Assembly: GCA_019828565.1 (NCBI GenBank)
Contig: JAHDYR010000042.1
Coordinates: forward strand, 36,548-100,547
From: Carpediemonas membranifera BICM
Taxonomy: Eukaryota; Protista; Fornicata
Length of the DNA stretch: 64,000 nucleotides
Direction of reading: 5' to 3'
Of this stretch, positions 20,908 to 32,218 are shown piece by piece. The position numbers and the translations under genes are program-made. The notes below the pieces were generated by a model. The model was not told the DNA's origin. It did not search any database and saw only the letters and a list, made by a program, of their open reading frames with translations. Each line of letters opens with the position of its first letter. Within the stretch, counting starts at the first letter, position 1.

Positions 20908-22256
20908 TCACCCGAAGTTCGCCCTTGTTGCCGGTGATTCCTCGAAATCTTCCTCGGGGATGTCGAGGGTGAGCATGGGTGTCTTCGCCATCGGCGTCTT
21001 CATCAACCGAGCCGCGTCGCCGGGAGTCCGATGGCACGCCTCGGCCACTCTCCTGATCCTAGTGCTGTAGGAAAGTGCCACGCTGGTGTCGAGCCCACCG
21101 AGCAGGGTCGACTCATTGAGACTGCTGCTGTTCATGTTTGGCGTCTTGAATGACAGCGTCCGCGCAGTTCCGCCTTCCCTCACGAGCGAGTCGTCCTCCA
21201 GCCTAGACCTCTTGGGCGTCTGGTCGAGGGACAGGCCGACGTCGCGCTTGACACGGTGGACCCTGGTCTTGGGCTTGCTGGCGTGCTTGGCCGCGACCAC
21301 TCTCGTCATAAATGCCTGGCAGTCCTTCTGACTCAGCGCGAAGTCTGCGAGGAAGTCCGACGCAAGGCACTGCTCGACTGTCCACCGCTCGGCGGGGTCC
21401 CACCGCAACAGCCCGCGGACCATCTCGAGCGCTTCCTCCGAGGCCCTGGGGAGGGCCTGGGAGAGGTCCATGAGCTGCCCTACACCCGCGTCGAGGAAGG
21501 CAGTGGTGCGTGACATGACGACCTGCTTGAACTCATCGGACATCTCGAGAAACTGGGCGATGGAGCACTGAAGCGCTGAGTCCCGGTCACCCTCGAAGAG
21601 ATAGCCGCGTTTCAGCAGGTTAGCGAGGCAGCAACCGACGGCCCACATGTCTGTGGCGCCCGAATACTCTGCCCAACCCCACATGGTCTCGGGCGCCTGG
21701 AAGTTCAGAGTCGTCTGAGTCAACTCGCCTGAGGAGGAGGCCGAGCCGAAGTCGGCGATCTTCAGGACCCCCGTGGCAGACAGCAGCAGGTTGGCAGGCT
21801 TGAGGTCGCGGTGGATCACCCCTCTCGAGTGGAGGAACTTAAGCCCGTGGAGAAGCTGGAGGATGATCATCCGGATGTCATTCTCAGTGATTTTGAGCCG
21901 CTCGTTCTCAATACAGTCCTGCACGTCGCACAGCATGCCCTCTAGTACAAGGTAGAGGGTCGAGTTGTGCACGTGCGGCTCGATGAGGCGGATGATGTTC
22001 TCATGCTGGAGCTCTCCAAGCATATTGAGCTCCCGCAAGCCAACAAGGTTGATGCCATCGGCTTGTGGGTCCGGTGAGATCTGCTGTAAGTCTGATAAGT
22101 GAGGCAAACCTTCTTAACTGCGACCATGGTTCCCTCGTCGCCCTCTTTGGTGCACATGGCAGCCGATATCCGGCTGAACTTGCCAGTACCGATCTTTTCT
22201 TTCTTAACGTAGTGGTCCCATACATCCTTCGTCCCTCCTGGGAATGTCGGCTGCAT
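20908..22256 (-). CDS. Cyclin-dependent kinase, CDK7-like; intron 22081-22109
   Basis: [53 protein letters not shown]. Confidence 0.75.
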
Positions 22257-22446
22257 TTGGTTGCAATATTTTCTCGAATTCCGACGCTTCTCGACTCCGT
22301 CCGAGTTACCAATGCCCATCTAGCAATAACTGCCGGCCTCGCTGACATGCCAGTGAGCTATGAAGACCGCCCATACTCATTCCCTTTTCCCCGACGAGTC
22401 TCGCAGCCCATCACCTGGAGCCCGCCATCATAACAGTGCTAAACAT

Positions 22447-23205
22447 TTATAGCCCTCCCCGCCGGTTCTTCCGCATCAGCATATGCCTGTTCGTCACACT
22501 TGCAAAGTGGATACCGCTGCGTGGCCCACTCACTGGAATCTCCTCGTCCAGCGTCTCGTCGGCGTCGTCGTCCTCGTACATCGCATTCCACTGCTTCAGG
22601 ATCTTCCTAGCCATCTGCTTGTGCTTCTCTGCGACATGTGGATGGTGCTCAATGGCGCCAAGGGTCTGGGTCAGTCCCGACTGGAGCAGGGTCGGGATGT
22701 CGATGACTTCGCTGCCCGTAAGCTGCTCCAGGATCCGGAGACAATGGTCGCGATACATAGTGCTGCCGATGGCCCCGCGCTCCTCAGGGCGGAGGAGAGA
22801 GTTGACGAGCACGAGGATCTCTTCCTCGATGAGGCTCTTCTGGACGTTGATGTTGCCAATTTCCGCCAAGATATTCTTCAGAGGACGAAGCATGGTGGCA
22901 ATCGCCTGCTTGGGGTCCGATACAGCGAACCGCTTGTCCAGAGCCGCGCGCAGCTCGGCGCAGAGGGTTCTACCTTTCTCGAGGCCGCGCTGAACGATCT
23001 CATCGTCCCCGCCCTGGATCCTCTCAAGCTCTTTTGTACGCTTCCGTATGTCATCGTCGAATTGGCGGTCAATTTCCACCAAATCCATGGAACGCTTGGG
23101 CCTGATGGCCGACAGCCTCCGCAGCTCCGTAAAGTCATCAAAAAACTCTACTGAATAGTTATCAGCATCCAGCCACGCGGCTTCTATTCGCGGTTCTCCA
23201 TCCAT
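22447..23205 (-). CDS. IWS1/Spn1-like protein (TFIIS N-terminal domain)
   Basis: LLQSGLTQTL...HPH...KQMARKILKQW C-terminal pattern. Confidence 0.6.
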   Translation of the reverse strand: MDGEPRIEAAWLDADNYSVEFFDDFTELRRLSAIRPKRSMDLVEIDRQFDDDIRKRTKELERIQGGDDEIVQRGLEKGRTLCAELRAALDKRFAVSDPKQAIATMLRPLKNILAEIGNINVQKSLIEEEILVLVNSLLRPEERGAIGSTMYRDHCLRILEQLTGSEVIDIPTLLQSGLTQTLGAIEHHPHVAEKHKQMARKILKQWNAMYEDDDADETLDEEIPVSGPRSGIHFASVTNRHMLMRKNRRGGL

Positions 23206-23367
23206 TTGCCTGATTGCCCTCGTTTTGTCGCCTGGTCAAATATGGCAAAACAACAGAACAAAACGACGCGAAAAGGAGATGGACACGAGCCAATATCTCT
23301 CCGCAAGAGGGATTAATGAAGATTCGTTGATGCACTTATAGTTTAGGGGCGATTTACGGCAGGTTGC

Positions 23368-24049
23368 TCAATAGATACGGATGGGGTGACCCATGGTGGT
23401 CTTGATGTAGAGGCACTTGACGTTCTGCCACTTCTTCTTGAGGAGGGAAACGAGGAAGTTGATGGAGAGAACAAGGTTCTTGTAGATCTCCTCCTCGGTC
23501 ATCTTGAGGTGGCCGATGGCGGTGTTGAGGCAGAGGACCTTCTTGAGCTGGAACTTGATGGTAGACTGGAGCTCGGCGATCTTCTGGGCAACATCGTCGT
23601 TATCAGTGAGGGCAGTGGGGAACTTGCCGGCCTTGGAGAGGGTGGGGCCGAGGATACGGGGGATCCTCTTGATCATCGTGTCGGAGCACAGGAAAGCGTC
23701 ATAGGACTTGGCGAAGCGCTTGACGACCTTCTTGGCCTTCTTGAAAGCCTTGAGCTGCTCCTCAGTGCGGATGTCGACAGTGATGCCAGCAGCGAGAGCG
23801 GCGTCACGCTGAGACTCGTTAAGAAGAAGGCAGATCTTGGCGTTGGGGCGGGGGTTGGTGGGGAGGACGAAGGAGCCAGAGAAACGCTTGTCCTTCTGGG
23901 GGTCGTAGCCCTTGAGGCCAATCTGGAGCTCGATGGTCTCGGTGAACTTGCGGGGCTTCTCGGCGGAAGCAGCCACGATCTTGGAGATAGACTCACGGAG
24001 GAAATCAGAGGGGATCTTGGACACTGAGTAAGAAATTCAAAGCCTACAT
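23368..24049 (-). CDS. RPL10A: 60S ribosomal protein uL1 (L10a); ATG separated by a ~24-25 nt intron
   Basis: KPRKFTETIELQIGLKGYDPQKDKRFSGS ... KKKWQNVKCLYIKTTMG. Confidence 0.97.
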
Positions 24050-24227
24050 GGTTCGTAGGCGCCGCACAAACTCCTAACTCGTTCTCAGTTTTTTCATGCA
24101 CATTTTTTTCGGGAAAAAAAATGTACCGAACGAACAGGACAGAATGAAACGTGCACGCCGACTCAGCCCAGCCTAATACAGTGTAACCATGCATCCATTA
24201 CATATACAGCGTTTAAACTTAACTCGT

Positions 24228-24869
24228 CTACTGGGCGCCCGTGTGCTTGAGAGGAAGGAACAGCTTGAATTCCGGAGGGAGCTCGTCCTCGGTATACAGT
24301 CTGTCCGAGAAGTAAATGCGGCGGATGCGGCAGTTGGCGTGGAGCTGCACCCGGAGCGTCTCAACGTAGTTCGTGCCGTACGCACGGCGGGTGAAGTCAG
24401 ACAGGTTGAACTGGATCTGGTTCCAGCCGTCATCGAGGCGCATGGGCATGGTGCACACGAAGGGCTTCACCCGGGTGGTCGACTGGTAGTTCGAGGCACG
24501 GAAGCGGCGGCGGATGCCCTTGTCATCAAGGACCTGGACCTCGAAGGTGAAGTACTTCTTCAAGTTCTTGATAACCATGACGAGGAAGGGGAGCTTGATG
24601 CCGAGGGTCTTCTTGGGATCGGCGGGGCAAGTGATGTATGTCGTCGAAACATTGCTGCCAAGAAGCTCAAGGACACAAGACTGGATATCAGGGTCAGTGA
24701 TTCTCTTGATGTGACTGTGTGATTGGAGTACTAGAAGACAACAAACCCGTTCTGCACTTGCTTGTCCCAAATTTGGAGAGGGCGGGAGCTATGTGAGCTG
24801 AAAGAGGAGAACAAACCCAATCGAGTATAGGATAGAGAGGAAGCCGCTTTGGAAGGTGTTCCTGAACAT
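24228..24869 (-). CDS. CFAP20: Cilia- and flagella-associated protein 20 (BUG22); introns 24789-24816 and 24715-24746
   Basis: Spliced [39 protein letters not shown]...[29 protein letters not shown]. Confidence 0.97.
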
Positions 24870-25136
24870 TCTTCGCGCTTTGTTGGCTTTCTCGGTTTGT
24901 TTCGAAATTTCGATACATGAACAAATGTAACGCACATAAATGGCTATCCAGGCCTTGAAATCGCAATACGAGACGAGTTTACGACTATTGTGTGCTCTTT
25001 GACGCCAGTGCGCCCACGCAGACTGAAGCTTGGCAGACTAAACCCACTCCCAGTATCTGTTGGCTTTCTTGGTTGCTAAAGTTCTGAGATCACCTTGAAC
25101 CATGCAGTGAACCAACCGTAAAGCGACCCCTTTATC

Positions 25137-26531
25137 CTAACTCCGACTCCGCGTGGAGTAAATGCGCCGGAACCCGGCCGTGACGAACCCCAGCACGAAG
25201 TCCGACTCCAGCCCCATGGCCCCACCCGCGACTGTGACCAGGTCAGTCGGCTCCAGTGCCGCGACCTGTGCCTCGAGCGTGCTGACAAACTGCTCCCGTC
25301 TCCGGAGAACATCGATGTGGGCGATTGTCAAGGGCTCCTCGTCTGTGGGCCGGGCGACCTGGACCTTTGCCCGCCCGTCGAGGTCCCGCAGCAGGTCGAG
25401 CACCCCAGGCACCATGATTCCCGCGAACCTAGGCCCGCTGGGTGCGGTGTTTCCGATCCACTTCTCCTCCCATGCCGTCTCCCGTCGGTTCCACTCAGCC
25501 CAGCCCGCCGGCCCCTCGATGTCGACCGGTGCGGCAGGGTTGGCGGTGACGGTGTACATGGTGCCCTGGTGCCCGGACCCGTACGAGTAAACCAGCACGC
25601 GGTCCCCGGGGCGCAGTCCGGTCAGCACAGTGCTCATCAGGGCGGTGAACACGGAGGCCGTGTACGAGTTGCCGGTGCGCCGTGGGATGCGGAGGGCGGG
25701 CAGGAGGCGGGACTGGAGCTCCTGGGCCCGGGCCTCGGTCAACTCGACCCCGGTACGCTCGCAGTGAAGCTCGATGAATTTCCCCATGGCCTTGAGCGCT
25801 TGGCGGCCAAAGGGCACGTGCGTGACGACCCTGGCGCAGTCGTCAAGCGAGAGACCGGTGCGGTCGGCCCAGCGGGTGTAGCAGTCGGCCGCGTTGGCCA
25901 TGTACGCATCTATAGACTCCCTGCCGTTCACGATGGGGTACTCGGACCCGAGGTGGGGCTTGAAGAAGTCCCAGTAGTGGGCCCCGGCGTACACGGGGTC
26001 GGGGTTGGCGATCAGAGGGGCGTCGGGGCCGATAAGGACGCAGACCGCACCTGCACCGCCAGAAGGGATGGCCTTCTCCCCTTGGTAGACGGCAATATCA
26101 GTCGCAACGACGAGGCCGTAGCGTTTGGCCGGGTCCCAGAAGGGGGAGGACATCTCCTTGACGCACGCCAGGAAGGCGTCTGTCCCGCCATAGCAGGCGT
26201 GCACATGGTCACAACAGCCAACATTCGTGGCTTCGGCGAGCTCTGGGAGCTGGCGAATGAAGGAGCTGATCGACTTGGACTTGTCGACAGAGGACTCGGT
26301 CCCAACGTGGAGAAAGCCGATCAAAGGGGCGATCCCGGGGTGCTTAGCGAGGAGCTTCCTCGTGGCGGATAGCCCGAGGGACACTGAGTCGTTCTCTGGC
26401 CCGCACACCGCCATCTCGCGAATGATGAGGCCTTCGAGGCTCCTGGCGGGATTCAGCGGCTCCATATCGCTTACAAGGGCGTATGTTGGTGGTGCGTAGA
26501 GCACCATATCGACGATGCCAACATTCTGCAT
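25137..26531 (-). CDS. HMGS: Hydroxymethylglutaryl-CoA synthase
   Basis: NVGI, VGTESSVDKSKS, HACYGGT (catalytic Cys), GGAGAV, DFFKP, GNSYTAS, SYGSG. Confidence 0.9.
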   Translation of the reverse strand: MQNVGIVDMVLYAPPTYALVSDMEPLNPARSLEGLIIREMAVCGPENDSVSLGLSATRKLLAKHPGIAPLIGFLHVGTESSVDKSKSISSFIRQLPELAEATNVGCCDHVHACYGGTDAFLACVKEMSSPFWDPAKRYGLVVATDIAVYQGEKAIPSGGAGAVCVLIGPDAPLIANPDPVYAGAHYWDFFKPHLGSEYPIVNGRESIDAYMANAADCYTRWADRTGLSLDDCARVVTHVPFGRQALKAMGKFIELHCERTGVELTEARAQELQSRLLPALRIPRRTGNSYTASVFTALMSTVLTGLRPGDRVLVYSYGSGHQGTMYTVTANPAAPVDIEGPAGWAEWNRRETAWEEKWIGNTAPSGPRFAGIMVPGVLDLLRDLDGRAKVQVARPTDEEPLTIAHIDVLRRREQFVSTLEAQVAALEPTDLVTVAGGAMGLESDFVLGFVTAGFRRIYSTRSRS

Positions 26532-26699
26532 AACCAGTGGCTCGTCTCGACTGAATCGAATCGCACCCGACGGGATCCGCCTTGGCCGAGGGTGCCGTCG
26601 CGCCGGACAGCCGGGGCCATCGAATGAGTGGGATCTGTGTGATGACTGGCTCTGCTCAACCTGTGCACACCCGCCGGACACGCACGAAACGTTAAGGAT

Positions 26700-27429
26700 T
26701 TAAAATGCGTCAAACATACTCGTCGAGTGCGTTCTCGCCATTGGTGACGCGCTAGGGCTCACACCGCCGTAGCTGTGGTCGGACTCGTTGCCGCGGAGGT
26801 AATCGGGCGCAGCAAACTCGTTTTCCAGCGTGAACATCCCAACTGACGACGCAGCAGACAATAGTGCGCCCGAGTTAGTCATGGACCCGAAGCCCGTGTC
26901 GGACCCCGCGCTGTCGCTGAGGTATCCATTCGTGGGGATCTCAAGGCGGAACTCGGAGCACGGCTCCTCCAGCGGGACATTCATCATGGTCTGCTGTCGC
27001 CTGAGGGCCTCGCGGTGGTCCATGTGGGGCAGCATGCTGTCCGTCTTCCCCTCGCTGGGCACCGTCCCGTCCAGCCGGAGGTGCGTCACCGCGCCGGCCT
27101 TGCCCTCTTGACGCTCCTTGACGGTGGTGTTGAGGAAGACGGGCTTTTTACCCCCCTCTGATGGGCGAATATATGAGCGAAGAAGGTCGCGGCCGCTCTT
27201 TTCCTCAATGAGGGGCTTGAACTCGTCGGTGGCATAACTATATATCTGTGTAACAAGGGGTTAGAATGGGCCATACGTTGTTTGTTTCAGATTTGATGGC
27301 AACAAGAAGTGAACAACCCGTCAAGGACGCAAGTTCGTTGGCTTTGCGCAACAGCCCCTGTTTGCGCTTCGAGAATGCGCTAAGTCTCTTCCGCTTATCT
27401 GTAATACGCTGGCTGTTACGATTATTCAT
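26700..27429 (-). CDS. SRF/MCM1-type MADS-box transcription factor; intron 27246-27276
   Basis: ITDKRKRLSAFSKRKQGLLRKANELASLTG...SETNN|IYSYATDEFKPLI after splicing. Confidence 0.85.
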
Positions 27430-28412
27430 TCCTTCGCTTGATTCCTCCGTTGTATTCTGTGAAAAATGAACGTTGTTCGGTGCATTTTTGCGACCGGCGG
27501 TCTGTCGCCCATATTGGCGATGACATCTCGCACCCACCAGATTATCTCACCGCTAGTGGGGTATGATCGGGGTGAGGAAGGCGACCGTTCGGCAGCCTGG
27601 GTCAGTCGCCTTATTGCCTCGCATATCAGAAAATCGAATAATCTGCAATGTTGGAGCCTGCTGACCAATTGACTGCCGTTCGGAACGCCTGCAAAGCTGC
27701 TTGGTCGGCTTGTCGGATCTTGTCGGTCAGGATTCGGTCAGCGATCTGAGAGAATATTTGGACAAACACGAAGTCGGGCTGCCCAGCTCCGCTGTGGCCC
27801 ATCCTCACATGAGGTCAACGTGTGCTTTACTCTGGTCGACATTACAAGTTGGGCGATTTTTGTCGTCCAACATCAGATTCTTCTCTTCCACTACTCCGCG
27901 AGGCCCTTTTTTTCTTCCTCCCAGTGAGCCGCGAGAATGGCCGTTACGATTGCCAAATTGATCGGATGCTGGAAGGATTTCAGCTGGTCTCCTTCAGCAA
28001 CCTGCCGCACGTTCTCGATGTCTACTGGGCGGTTTGCTAATGGATGTGGACCTCGATTTGGTCGATATAGGTTACTAAGAGGTGGTGGGGAATCGCATAT
28101 GTCTCTAAAGAACGGTCTCATTGATGATAATTTTGTGGTGGTCTCCTTTTGGCAAAATTTGCGGGGAGATTTAGCGAGATTGAGCAAAATCACAGCTCAG
28201 TATAATAGACGATCGCTGGACACATTGATTTCATTTGGGTGGATGTGTCGCCCCGTCTTACGGAAATTTTCTCATATCTAAATCGGAAAAACAAAAGGGA
28301 CCTGCCTTGGTAGAGGCTGCTCCCACCCGCGCTCTGACAACGGTGGGTGTGGGTGCCCGAGATTCGACTGACGCGACTTCGCGAGAATACTGACCTGGGG
28401 ACGACTGGGAGA

Positions 28413-29513
28413 ATGGCGTGGTGCCCTGTCAGCAACGATTCGGAGTTCTGGTATAGCAAGGCGCTTAACTCGTACCGCTGTAGAACAATCTATGTCCTCG
28501 TCTCTGACGCTATTATGCTTCTCTCAATCCTTCTTGCAGCTGTTTTCATCTTATGCTGGGTAATCACGCCGAAAGCAGTTAGTAGAAAGCCCTATTTCAG
28601 TCGTGTCGCACTTATTATCGTCTTTTTAGCCCTTGGCCTGGCATGCCAGGCGTTCGACGTCGTCAACATCTCCAGCCAGGCGTACCTTGACTTCTGGTGC
28701 GACGCCTTTGGCCACATGACGGACACCTGCACATCATACGCGAGCTCCTGGCTCATCCGCTGGGACCGGCGGCTCCTCCGCTATGTCCTGATGCCGCTCT
28801 ACACCAGTCTGCAGTTCGTCGGTTACACGCTCTGCCTGACGACGTCGATCTTCCTCTTCCGGATCCGCCATATCAGCCATGCCAAGGTGGTCAGGCTGAC
28901 CCGCCCCCGCCTTCTCATCGTCGGGTGGTGGGAGTGGGGCCTCTGTCTCGGAGTGGGCGGCCTCATGTTCATCTGCCGGCTCGTATCGTCCCTCTTCATC
29001 GTCAATATTGACCTCAGCCAGGGCAGCCCGGGTCCGTGGACCATCTTCAAATACGTCCTGTTCCAGTTGAACGCGTCCTTCCGCATCGCCACGATGGCAG
29101 TGATAATGCTCCTTGAGTTCGTGGTGTTCGCCCTCATAGTCATTACCATGGTCCGGCTGAAGGGCCAGGGTCGTCTCAGGGCGAACTATCTCTCCCTCAT
29201 CGCCTCGTTCATCCTGCCGCTCCCACCCATGATCGTCATATTCATACTCACCATCGCCATACAGGTCCTGCTGCTCTTCTACTACGCCGACGCCACCTCC
29301 AGTTTGTGCCAGTACTTCATCGAGGACGTACAGACTAACCTCGTCTTCACGACGTCCAACATCCTGGCATTCGTCCTTGGCGCACTGGCCGTCTCACACA
29401 CTTTCCTCATCACCAAGGCGAGACGGGCCAATAGGGCGGCCGTCCGGCGAGAGGTGCAGGCCGGCATCGTCATCCAGCCGCTGAGCGAGGACGACTGTGC
29501 CGTGAGGTTCTAG
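28413..29513 (+). CDS. Seven-TM-like membrane protein, unknown function
   Basis: About 7 hydrophobic segments; coding-like GC3 bias. Confidence 0.6.
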   Translation: MAWCPVSNDSEFWYSKALNSYRCRTIYVLVSDAIMLLSILLAAVFILCWVITPKAVSRKPYFSRVALIIVFLALGLACQAFDVVNISSQAYLDFWCDAFGHMTDTCTSYASSWLIRWDRRLLRYVLMPLYTSLQFVGYTLCLTTSIFLFRIRHISHAKVVRLTRPRLLIVGWWEWGLCLGVGGLMFICRLVSSLFIVNIDLSQGSPGPWTIFKYVLFQLNASFRIATMAVIMLLEFVVFALIVITMVRLKGQGRLRANYLSLIASFILPLPPMIVIFILTIAIQVLLLFYYADATSSLCQYFIEDVQTNLVFTTSNILAFVLGALAVSHTFLITKARRANRAAVRREVQAGIVIQPLSEDDCAVRF

Positions 29514-29704
29514 GTGTGACAGAGTGGTGCCAGTGTATGGTGCTGGTCCCGCCGCTGTGAGCGACCCTTGTAAAATAGCATTCCCCGCAGTTTAGACTCA
29601 ATAATGCTAATCCTGCGCGGCACAGTCATTTGAGACCAATGGCCTCACATAAACCCCCCTGCTCCAGCGGGGTCAGCAGTACTATCAGTACTTTATCAGT
29701 AACC

Positions 29705-30919
29705 CTACAGATAGCTGTTGGTGTCGTCGCCGCCGTCGAAGCCGCTGTCGAGAGGTGTGTAGCCCGCCCCGCTGTCCTGGCGGGCAGCCGACACGCCGAC
29801 GCTAGTGCAGCAGCAGCACCACAGGGCCCAGCAAGGCGTGCAGAGGTTGCACCCGCACCAGCAGCAGCAACAGGCGAGGAAAAGGACGGCCAGGGCGGCG
29901 TAGGCGGAGGCGCTGAGCCCGAAGCCGCCCCACTTGGCGTATATGATCATGGGGTCAGACTCCATCATGGTGTAGACCTTGACGCTGCCCATGTTGTCAA
30001 CCAGCGGAGTGGCCCCGTTCGTGTCGGTGGAGTAGCGGTAGTGGAGGTCCTTGAAGAGGGAGGAGCGCCAGGTCGCCTCGGACAGACGGTAGCTGTCGTC
30101 GAGGAGGATGATCATCTCGTCAGAATCGAGATACGACCCGCTCTCGCAGACCTTAAAGTGCGGGTCGAAGTAACCGTGGTTGAGGGCCATGCACTGGTCG
30201 GTGCAGAGGGGCTGGGTCTTCGTAGGGTTGGCTAGCACGCAGCTCTTCATCTTGCGGTCGGACATGGGCACCGAGGCGTTGATATAGGTGCTGGTGATGG
30301 CCTCCCGGGTGCCGGGGAGCAGGGGGTGGTTGTTCACGGTTACCTGCAGGTAGTCGCGCTTGTAGACTTCAGTGGCGGTGAGGTAGTTGGTCTGGTCTCT
30401 TGTGTGGTCCGTGGTGAAGGCCTTGCCGTTGTCGGACCAGTAGGACGTGTTGATCGGCAGCTTCACCTTGGCCTTGTCGCCGTCATCGATCGAGGGGATC
30501 GTGGAGGGGTAGCCGGACTTCACGTGGAGCATGGCGGTGTTGGCGTAGTTCAGGGACTCGTCGGAGACGAGCATGGCCTGGTGGGCAAATGCGGGGGCGA
30601 GCTTCTCGTTCCAATGCTTCACATCCTTGTTGAATTGATCAATGTGATGAGCACGGGGGTTCTTGAGCATGAGAATACCGCATATGCTTGCGATAATGAG
30701 CCAGAAAAGAGCGCAGCAGCTGAAGCAGATTGGAGCACACACAAGAGTGGAGAAGAACAGGTAGATGCGGGCAATCATGTCCTTAATGGCCTTTTGGACC
30801 CAAGCAAAGGGGTCTAGCATGAATAGCAAGCCCATCGTGCAGTCGTCAATGATTTGACTGTGCGGAGTTTTGCCCAGACTCCTGTTCCGGAGATCCCCGA
30901 GAATCAGCCCGATAGCCAT
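29705..30919 (-). CDS. Hypothetical membrane protein with Cys-rich C-terminal TM segment
   Basis: N-terminal TM, luminal domain, CCCCWCGC...WCCCC cluster. Confidence 0.6.
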   Translation of the reverse strand: MAIGLILGDLRNRSLGKTPHSQIIDDCTMGLLFMLDPFAWVQKAIKDMIARIYLFFSTLVCAPICFSCCALFWLIIASICGILMLKNPRAHHIDQFNKDVKHWNEKLAPAFAHQAMLVSDESLNYANTAMLHVKSGYPSTIPSIDDGDKAKVKLPINTSYWSDNGKAFTTDHTRDQTNYLTATEVYKRDYLQVTVNNHPLLPGTREAITSTYINASVPMSDRKMKSCVLANPTKTQPLCTDQCMALNHGYFDPHFKVCESGSYLDSDEMIILLDDSYRLSEATWRSSLFKDLHYRYSTDTNGATPLVDNMGSVKVYTMMESDPMIIYAKWGGFGLSASAYAALAVLFLACCCCWCGCNLCTPCWALWCCCCTSVGVSAARQDSGAGYTPLDSGFDGGDDTNSYL

Positions 30920-30965
30920 ATTATCCTGATATCATTATGATGTGCTTATGATGTGCCGTCGTCTC

Positions 30966-31535
30966 CTACCCGTCCAGCTTCCCCGCCAGCAGCGCCTGCT
31001 CGAAACAATCGGGCGCCGTGGTGTCGACGTCGACATGGGGGAACGTAGGCTGCTGGCACCCTGTATAGTATCTCTGCGTGTTCTCCCAGTCCTCCAGCTT
31101 CGGTCTGTCGCGGCCCTCGCCCCTCTGCTCCATCCTGGCCTTGACTGTCGCGGAGTCGGCGTGGAGCCACAGCACAGTGACCCTCCTGGCGTTTGGAACG
31201 ATGCTCATGATGGTCTCGGGCCAGTGGGGGTCCTGCATCTCCTTAGTGAAGGGTGCCGACACCGCTGCGCTGGTATAAGGGAGGTTGGCATTAGCCAGGG
31301 CGAACAGGGCAGCGTATATTGGCTCGCGGAAGATGGTCTTGAACTGAGTGCTGTCTCTATCGTCGGGGTTTCCATTGATAGCTTTCATCGCGGCTCGAAT
31401 AATCGGCTCGGTGGCCACGTCAATGTCTATGAGCACGGTGCCGAGCTCCTTCGCCAGGCGACGGGCAAATGTGGTCTTTCCCACAGCTGGCATTCCGACG
31501 ACAACGTATAGTGTTCCAGCTGGAGCCTGAGTCAT
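30966..31535 (-). CDS. Small P-loop kinase (AAA_33-like), bacterial-type
   Basis: Walker A GMPAVGKTT; DPDDRDS-like motif; lid motif RMEQRGEGRD. Confidence 0.8.
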   Translation of the reverse strand: MTQAPAGTLYVVVGMPAVGKTTFARRLAKELGTVLIDIDVATEPIIRAAMKAINGNPDDRDSTQFKTIFREPIYAALFALANANLPYTSAAVSAPFTKEMQDPHWPETIMSIVPNARRVTVLWLHADSATVKARMEQRGEGRDRPKLEDWENTQRYYTGCQQPTFPHVDVDTTAPDCFEQALLAGKLDG

Positions 31536-31867
31536 GCTTTCAGGGAATACGTCACTTAGACTTGGCGTTCCGATTCGAGATCAATGAGGGCTAAACCTGC
31601 ATAGGCACGCCGTATCGCCAAGGGCGGTGACCCATAGCAGGTCTCCCTCCACGTTTTATTCCAGTCGATTGGTGCGATCGTAGTTCAACCGAGCTTGGTC
31701 TCGCCGTTGACGTCGCGCTGCCCTTGAGTCAGCTCCGTGTGTGCATAAGCATCATGTCCGCGTCTTCAGTGCTATGGTGTGATTTCGCAGATTTAGTCCA
31801 TCTTTGACATGCCTCGATGACATGAATTTTTCCAGCAGAGAAGAGACGCACTGACAATACGCTAAAC

Positions 31868-31919
31868 TATGTATGACTGTATGTCCTATGTATGACTGTA
31901 TGACTGTATGTATGACTAT
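31868..31919. repeat. Degenerate (TATG/TATGACTG)n microsatellite
   Basis: Directly visible. Confidence 0.8.
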
Positions 31920-32218
31920 TCTCATGCAGATGGTGTGTAGCAACAGCAGTTGCCCAGCTGCATCGCGATTCTCTTACACAGCACGCCTGGCGCGTTTGAT
32001 CCACCTATCTCATGATTATACAGCCAATGGTATCGTATCAAGGCCGCATTCTCACACAGTCACAACTGCAGAGCAGTAGATTCTCAGATACGTACAGCGA
32101 GTACCGAGCGCCCCAGCCGCAGAGGCCTACAAATCCGCAAGCGATGTGAGACGCCGATCACGATCCAGGACCTCGAGAAGGTCATCCAGTACTATCTGAG
32201 CCCGCTGTTACCGTCACC

